From positions 64,001-128,000 of the forward strand of contig JBBIPC010000002.1 in the NCBI GenBank assembly GCA_037443035.1: 64,000 nucleotides of DNA. The letters are read 5' to 3'. Below, piece by piece: positions 58,702-64,000 of this stretch (its first letter is position 1; each line of letters begins with the position of its first letter). Source of the DNA: Chthonomonadales bacterium. Lineage in GTDB: Bacteria; Armatimonadota; Chthonomonadetes; Chthonomonadales; CAJBBX01. Under the pieces are notes generated by a model, which saw nothing but the letters and a program-made list of their open reading frames with translations, was not told the DNA's origin and did not search any database. The position numbers were made by a program, and so were the translations under genes.

Positions 58702-59928
58702 TCAGAACTCCCAGTCCGGCTGAGGCTGAGGGAGCCGGACGATGGCGTCGAGGCGGTCCAACAAGTCCTCAGGAGCCCGGAAGTCATCGGTGACGGCTAG
58801 TCCACTTGGTCTGCGGACTCCCAGCCACATGCGCGTGAACGCTCCTACGGACGCCTCGAGTACCGGCAAGTGTTCGTCCTGTCCCTCACGCACGTTGCAC
58901 TCCTCCCCGAGGACGACTACGTAGTTTCCGCCGATCCCCGGCCAGCCGGTTTCGTTCTGGAACTTCGCCACAGGATCGGTCAGGCGCAGGTTGAAGCAAA
59001 CGCTCTCGCCATCGAGGTGGGTCCGTTCCAGACACCTCTCCAGATCCAGCATCCGCGCCTGCCAGTAGGCGAGCGCGGTGATCTTCACGGCGAACTTCGA
59101 TTGCTCCGTCACGTGACGGGAACGCATGGGCTCCTCCATGAGATCCTGCAACTGGATATCGGCAGGCTCCCGAATGGTCACCAAATGCACCTGATCGCCG
59201 AGACTTCGAACAAGGGCAAGCAGCTCTAGGAACTGTTCCCGTGACTGGTAGAGGAGTTCCGCATGGTATGGACCGACTTCAACGTTGTCAGGCGTGAGCC
59301 AGACCATATGTGTAAGGTGGCCGTCCTCGTCCCTGTAGCCAAGCCCGAAGGCATGGCGACCTTCGGCGAGGCCGGCTCGCGTAATGCCGGGAGGCAGGAG
59401 GTCGCATGCGCCGTGACCCTTTCGACGTGCCAACCGGAGCCGGTGGATTGCTTCCCAATCTTCTGTGGAAAGTCGGCACGGCACGCGGGGGCGCATGGCT
59501 ACCCGAAGCTTCGCAGGGTCGAAGGCCACTTTGTGCTCGTAGCCGCCGGTCCCGAAACCGAGGGCATCATAGAAGCCCTGCTCGAACATCCCTAGTCCCG
59601 CGACATCGTAACCGTCGCGTGCGTATCCGGCCAGTGCCCTGGCAAGAAGGCGTCGCGCCAGCCCCATGCGCCGCACGATGCGGCTCGTGGTGACGCCCGT
59701 CACGGCGACGAAACGAAGTGCCTCCTGCACATGGCGGATCTCGCCGGGAGTCATGAGAACGAAGCACTCGGCAGCGCCCTCGAGCTCTGCAACCCAGCCA
59801 CGACTACCCTCTAGGAATGCTGGGAATCCCTCCTCATCGCCCCGGCCGAGCCAGCCAACTTCCTTCCAGATGCGTATGACCGCCTGTAGGTCCTTGTCCA
59901 TCTCGAATTCGCGGAAGATAACATCCAC
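58702..59928 (-). CDS. Eis-like GNAT acetyltransferase with C-terminal SCP2-like domain
   Basis: VTGVTTSRIVRRMGLA, FYDALGF; AGGAGG RBS before the GTG. Confidence 0.78.
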   Translation of the reverse strand: MDVIFREFEMDKDLQAVIRIWKEVGWLGRGDEEGFPAFLEGSRGWVAELEGAAECFVLMTPGEIRHVQEALRFVAVTGVTTSRIVRRMGLARRLLARALAGYARDGYDVAGLGMFEQGFYDALGFGTGGYEHKVAFDPAKLRVAMRPRVPCRLSTEDWEAIHRLRLARRKGHGACDLLPPGITRAGLAEGRHAFGLGYRDEDGHLTHMVWLTPDNVEVGPYHAELLYQSREQFLELLALVRSLGDQVHLVTIREPADIQLQDLMEEPMRSRHVTEQSKFAVKITALAYWQARMLDLERCLERTHLDGESVCFNLRLTDPVAKFQNETGWPGIGGNYVVVLGEECNVREGQDEHLPVLEASVGAFTRMWLGVRRPSGLAVTDDFRAPEDLLDRLDAIVRLPQPQPDWEF

Positions 59929-60056
59929 GTGCGCTGCCCTCCTAGTCGTCGCAGGATGGTACCACACGCAAGGCGCGCGCTTCCGGTAGGACGGATCGTC
60001 TGGGGTGACGAAGAATGGTCTTGGAGCATGAAATCGCCTGACGAACCGGAGACATC

Positions 60057-61109
60057 ATGTCAAGAGATACCATGACGCCGCGCGAACGCTGGCTCGCTGT
60101 CCTACAGCGCAGCAAGCCAGACCGAACGCCCATGGACTATTGGGCCACGCCTGAAGCTTCACAGCACCTCATGAGACACCTGGGCTGCAGCAGCATGGAG
60201 GAGGTGTACGAGCGCCTCCACATAGACGCCGTTGCGCACGTCGGACCTCGTTACGTCGGCCCACCACCACCCGAAGGCGAGGACATCTGGGGTGTACGGT
60301 ACCAGCAGATCCGTTACGATACCGGCGTCTATTCGGAGCCCATCAACCATCCTCTCGCGCACTTCAACACCGTCGAGGAGATCGAATCCAACTACCGGTG
60401 GCCAAGAGCGGATTGGTGGGACTATTCCGTCATCCCCGCCCAGGTGAGAGCTGCTGGCGAGAGACCCATCCGAGGCGGCGGCTCTGAGCCGTTCCTGCAG
60501 TACTGCGTTCTGCGCGGACTGGAACAGGGCATGATGGACCTCATCGAACACCCCGACATCGTGGAATACTGCCTGGGGAAGCTCTTCGATCTCGCCTATG
60601 AGCAGACCGCGCGCATCTACGAACAGGCGCCGGGCAAGGTCATGATTACCTACGTAGCCGAGGACATGGGCTCGCAGGAGAGCCTACTATTCTCACAGGC
60701 CCAGATCCGCCGCTTCTTGCTGCCAGGTATGAAACGCATGATTGACCTGGCACATCAGGTCGGGGCGTACGTCTTCCATCATAGTGATGGGGCCATCCGA
60801 CCCGTGATCCCTATGATGATCGAGGCCGGCATCGATGTGCTCAACCCCATCCAATGGCGCTGCAAAGGCATGGACCGCGAGGGACTCAAGCGCGACTTTG
60901 GCGACAAGCTCATCTTCCATGGCGGCGTGGACAACCAGTACACCCTGGCCCGAGGCACTGTGGACGAAGTGCGCAACGAAGTAGCCGACAACCTTCGCAT
61001 CCTGGGTGCCGGAGGCGGGTATATCCTTGCTCCCTGTCATAATATCCAGGCGGTCAGTCCGCCCGAGAACATAGTCGCGATGTATGAGACTGGGTACGCG
61101 TTAGGCTAG
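60057..61109 (+). CDS. Uroporphyrinogen decarboxylase-like (UroD/MtaA superfamily) protein
   Basis: MTPRER, LRGLEQ, EDMGSQ, HSDG, LNPIQ, GGVDNQ, GGYILAPCH. Confidence 0.85.
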   Translation: MSRDTMTPRERWLAVLQRSKPDRTPMDYWATPEASQHLMRHLGCSSMEEVYERLHIDAVAHVGPRYVGPPPPEGEDIWGVRYQQIRYDTGVYSEPINHPLAHFNTVEEIESNYRWPRADWWDYSVIPAQVRAAGERPIRGGGSEPFLQYCVLRGLEQGMMDLIEHPDIVEYCLGKLFDLAYEQTARIYEQAPGKVMITYVAEDMGSQESLLFSQAQIRRFLLPGMKRMIDLAHQVGAYVFHHSDGAIRPVIPMMIEAGIDVLNPIQWRCKGMDREGLKRDFGDKLIFHGGVDNQYTLARGTVDEVRNEVADNLRILGAGGGYILAPCHNIQAVSPPENIVAMYETGYALG

Positions 61110-61184
61110 GTTGCTGACCATCCGCAGAAGTGCAAGGCTGCTGAGCAGCAGGCCGGTAGTGACACGAAAGAGGCATGCGAAACC

Positions 61185-61634
61185 ATGAACGTCATCTCGC
61201 AGTCGACAGAGTACGCACTGCGCGCGCTTGTCTTTCTAGCGGCCAACAGAGAGCAGGCGTTACCAGCTTCGAAGATCTCCAAGCACACGGGAGTACCGGT
61301 GCACTATCTAGGCAAGGTTCTGAAGAATCTCGTGCGGACGGGCATTCTGAGGGCACGCCGAGGGCCGGGAGGTGGTTTCGCCTTCTCCTGCGCGCCGGAC
61401 TCCATTACCGTCCTCGACGTTGTCAATGCCGTGGATCCGTTAGAACATGTCCAGCGTTGTCCCCTCGGCCGCGACCCCCACGGCGGAATCTTGTGCCCGC
61501 TCCACCGACACCTCGAACAGGCCATCATCGGCATCGAGAACGCCTTTCGAGCAGCCACGATCGGCCAACTGGCCACCGAAATGGGACCGATTAGCCTCTG
61601 CCGGATCACCGACGAGGTACCTACAGATGCCTGA
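61185..61634 (+). CDS. Rrf2 family transcriptional regulator
   Basis: EYALRAL, YLGKVL, RGPGGGF, CPLG...LCPLH. Confidence 0.92.
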   Translation: MNVISQSTEYALRALVFLAANREQALPASKISKHTGVPVHYLGKVLKNLVRTGILRARRGPGGGFAFSCAPDSITVLDVVNAVDPLEHVQRCPLGRDPHGGILCPLHRHLEQAIIGIENAFRAATIGQLATEMGPISLCRITDEVPTDA

Positions 61635-61941
61635 CGTGCTGCATATCGTCTTGTTCAAGTGGAAGCCAGGTACTACACAGGACCAGCGAGACGAGATCCA
61701 CAGCGTTCTGCGCAGTCTAGAGAGCCGCATTCCTGGCATTCGGGAGATTCAGTGCGGCGAGAACTTCTCGGATCGCGCCCAGGGCTTCGAGACCGTGCTC
61801 GTGGTCCGTTTCGAGAGCCGGCAAGCCCTCGAGGACTATCTGCAGCATCCTGCGCACCGCGAAGTCGTTCAGCGGTACATTGCGCCCTCGCGGCAGGAGT
61901 CCATCGTCGCTGACATTGACGTCGAGGCAGCCCGAGTCTAG
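61627..61941 (+). CDS. Dabb (stress-responsive A/B barrel) protein
   Basis: HIVLFKWK, IPGI, YLQHPAH; overlaps the rrf2 stop. Confidence 0.88.
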   Translation: MPDVLHIVLFKWKPGTTQDQRDEIHSVLRSLESRIPGIREIQCGENFSDRAQGFETVLVVRFESRQALEDYLQHPAHREVVQRYIAPSRQESIVADIDVEAARV

Positions 61942-64000
61942 CGTTTTCCTGCAGTCGAGGTGCTTTCGACGTCAGGCACAAACAGCATTTCGTGGACCTG
62001 GACCTTGCCAGTCTCGGGCTGGAGAGAGACGACGCACTCTTCCGGCTTGTCATCCGCTGATCCAATGTGCAGCATGACCCATGTGGCACCTCCGTCTGGC
62101 AGCAGTACTGTCTCTGAAGGGCCGTCTCCAGCCACGATCTGAACCACGTTTCTCTCGCCAGACACTTTCAGGTAGAGCTTGCCTTGCTGTCCTGCAGGGA
62201 TCTCGAGGGCAATGCGTACCTCGTCGGCATCCGCCCAACCTGAGGATCTTCCTCGGGCCGTAACCGCGGCCCGCACGGTATACGAGAACCCCTCCTTGCG
62301 CGTGACCACTATGTCGGTTTCCGGCGACCACTCCGCCACCGCATCTCCTGTTGCCAAGCCACCCGCACGAACCCACAGCGAGGCTTGCGAAGGATCCGGT
62401 GACCGTGCACTGATCGTATCGTCGCTGTCTCCGAGACGGAATACGCGCGCAAGGTCTTCCTGGAAGATCTCTTGCGGAGGCACGAAGGAATCGGACGCCG
62501 CATAGTCCAGCAGGCTCTTCAGCAGTTGCCGGGCCTCATGGCGAACCCCGATATCGGATACGAGGTCGAGAGAACACGCCAGGAGCCTCCCGCCAAGCAC
62601 CCGGCATTCCATCAGCAGGGCCAGAGGGAGGTTCCGGGTCGGTCGGTCAATGCCCGCGACCAGACACACCGACGCGGGTACACCCGCGGGCAGGACTACC
62701 GCACGGGATCGCGACAGCAGATCGTACCATTGCGGTTCAGCCCAGTCCCTCGTTGGAAACCCCCGCAAGGCCGGATGGCGTGGGTCGCACACCACTCCGA
62801 CCATGCCTTGGTCGGCCATGTTGCCGCCAAAGGCAAGAGAGGACGGTACGGACCAGCGGATGGAACTGGTCTCGGCTAGTAGTACCACCCTGCCGCCAGC
62901 GCGCAGCGTCTCCAGTGCTCGCGTGTTCAGACGAGTAGCGACGTACACGCCTTCCGCGAATGCCCCCTCATCTTCGGACGAGTAGACCCATAGAGGCCAT
63001 TCGGCCTTCGCAGCTGTACCGTTCACGGACACAATCAGACCTAACCGCGCTGGAGGCTTCACGTGAGACAGTGGGACGACGATGCGACCAGCGCGTGTCA
63101 CGGCTCCACGCTCTATCCTTGGAAGCTGGAAGGATCCTTCGGCTACCACCGCATCAGCGCTCCGCAACGACCAGGAGACGGGGACTTGCTCCAGAGCCTG
63201 CGCCCCGAAATGACATAGAGCCACCTCCGCCTCGAAGGTCTCCGTTGTCGAGTACCTATGGCGGGCGCCAACGAGAAGCGGCACCACGTCGGAACACCAC
63301 TGCCGCATCTCCTCCGGAGTAACGATGCCGGTCTCATCCCAGAATATGTCCAGAGCTCCCATGCCGCCTTGCATCCACGAGAGACCCCCTACGAAGCCCG
63401 CAAGGTGATATCCCGCCAGGGCGCCGCTGGCCAGGAGGCGTTCCACCGAAGCCCTGCAGAACTCCCAGTCGGTGCGAGCCGCGGACCTGGCCATCGTTGC
63501 CGCTTTGTCCGCCAGTCCGCGCTTGCCCAGCGAATCTTGGAGGCGCACCAGCCCCGTGGCACGAAGAACGCCTGTGTGTTTCGGTATGGAGCTGACGTCG
63601 GGGAAGCCTCCTCGCAGCCCCACCTCGTGAGCAATGACGGGTAGTGGTACTTTTCTGTTGCCGTACATCTCTGCGGAGGTCTCATTAGCGTCAGGCTTCA
63701 CCGGCACGGGTACGATAGCGAAGTCGTCCGCTGCAGTAGGCATGCCTCCTGTCGAGGCGGCATAGAGGTGTCGCGGATCCACGGATTTCAACTCGTGTAG
63801 GATGGTTTCGGCGTAAGTAGCGCTGCCGCCCAGGACTGCACCGAGCGTGAAGAGCGCGAAGGAAGGATGGTTGCCGTAGTTTCGCACAATCCGGAGTGTC
63901 TCGTCATGCACGAAGCGATCTCGCGCAGGAACCTGGCCGAGGTCCCGCCCACGAAACGGTGCTTCCACGAGCAGAAGAATGCCGACGGCGTCTGCTGCCT
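61938..64000 (-). CDS. GH2-like glycoside hydrolase homolog (5' end outside window)
   Basis: NYGNHPSF, PVIAHEVG, LDIFWD, HPALRGFPT, EARQLLKSLLDY. Confidence 0.7.
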   Translation of the reverse strand, partial: AADAVGILLLVEAPFRGRDLGQVPARDRFVHDETLRIVRNYGNHPSFALFTLGAVLGGSATYAETILHELKSVDPRHLYAASTGGMPTAADDFAIVPVPVKPDANETSAEMYGNRKVPLPVIAHEVGLRGGFPDVSSIPKHTGVLRATGLVRLQDSLGKRGLADKAATMARSAARTDWEFCRASVERLLASGALAGYHLAGFVGGLSWMQGGMGALDIFWDETGIVTPEEMRQWCSDVVPLLVGARHRYSTTETFEAEVALCHFGAQALEQVPVSWSLRSADAVVAEGSFQLPRIERGAVTRAGRIVVPLSHVKPPARLGLIVSVNGTAAKAEWPLWVYSSEDEGAFAEGVYVATRLNTRALETLRAGGRVVLLAETSSIRWSVPSSLAFGGNMADQGMVGVVCDPRHPALRGFPTRDWAEPQWYDLLSRSRAVVLPAGVPASVCLVAGIDRPTRNLPLALLMECRVLGGRLLACSLDLVSDIGVRHEARQLLKSLLDYAASDSFVPPQEIFQEDLARVFRLGDSDDTISARSPDPSQASLWVRAGGLATGDAVAEWSPETDIVVTRKEGFSYTVRAAVTARGRSSGWADADEVRIALEIPAGQQGKLYLKVSGERNVVQIVAGDGPSETVLLPDGGATWVMLHIGSADDKPEECVVSLQPETGKVQVHEMLFVPDVESTSTAGKR

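Overview
High-GC bacterial chromosomal window, densely coding (about 54 CDS). I found no rRNA, tRNA, CRISPR array, transposase or prophage. The prepilin/H-X9-DG protein, diderm envelope genes and Firmicutes-like gene order suggest Armatimonadota (inference). Housekeeping blocks: mlaEF, ftsEX-envC-eamA-xerC-hslV, rplU-rpmA-obgE, argS, rpmB, and rpiB-glyA-dCMP deaminase-wecA-wecB running into an EPS/capsule export cluster (wzc, wza, rmlA, GT2, epimerase). The rest is accessory catabolism: glycoside hydrolase-like proteins, esterases, Gfo/Idh/MocA oxidoreductases, two UroD-like paralogs and a fused E1 alpha/beta dehydrogenase. Most notable observations: (1) a Wzc kinase with a 23-tyrosine Gly-Tyr tail; (2) a glycine-aptamer-like structured leader upstream of tdh; (3) a Zn-ribbon/tandem MBL/radical SAM operon; (4) a DeoR-linked GATase plus fused E1 unit without E2/E3; (5) a GH2-like protein lacking its acid/base Glu; (6) two near-consensus sigma70 promoters that imply leaderless mRNAs. 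All calls come from motif recognition by eye; no searches were run.
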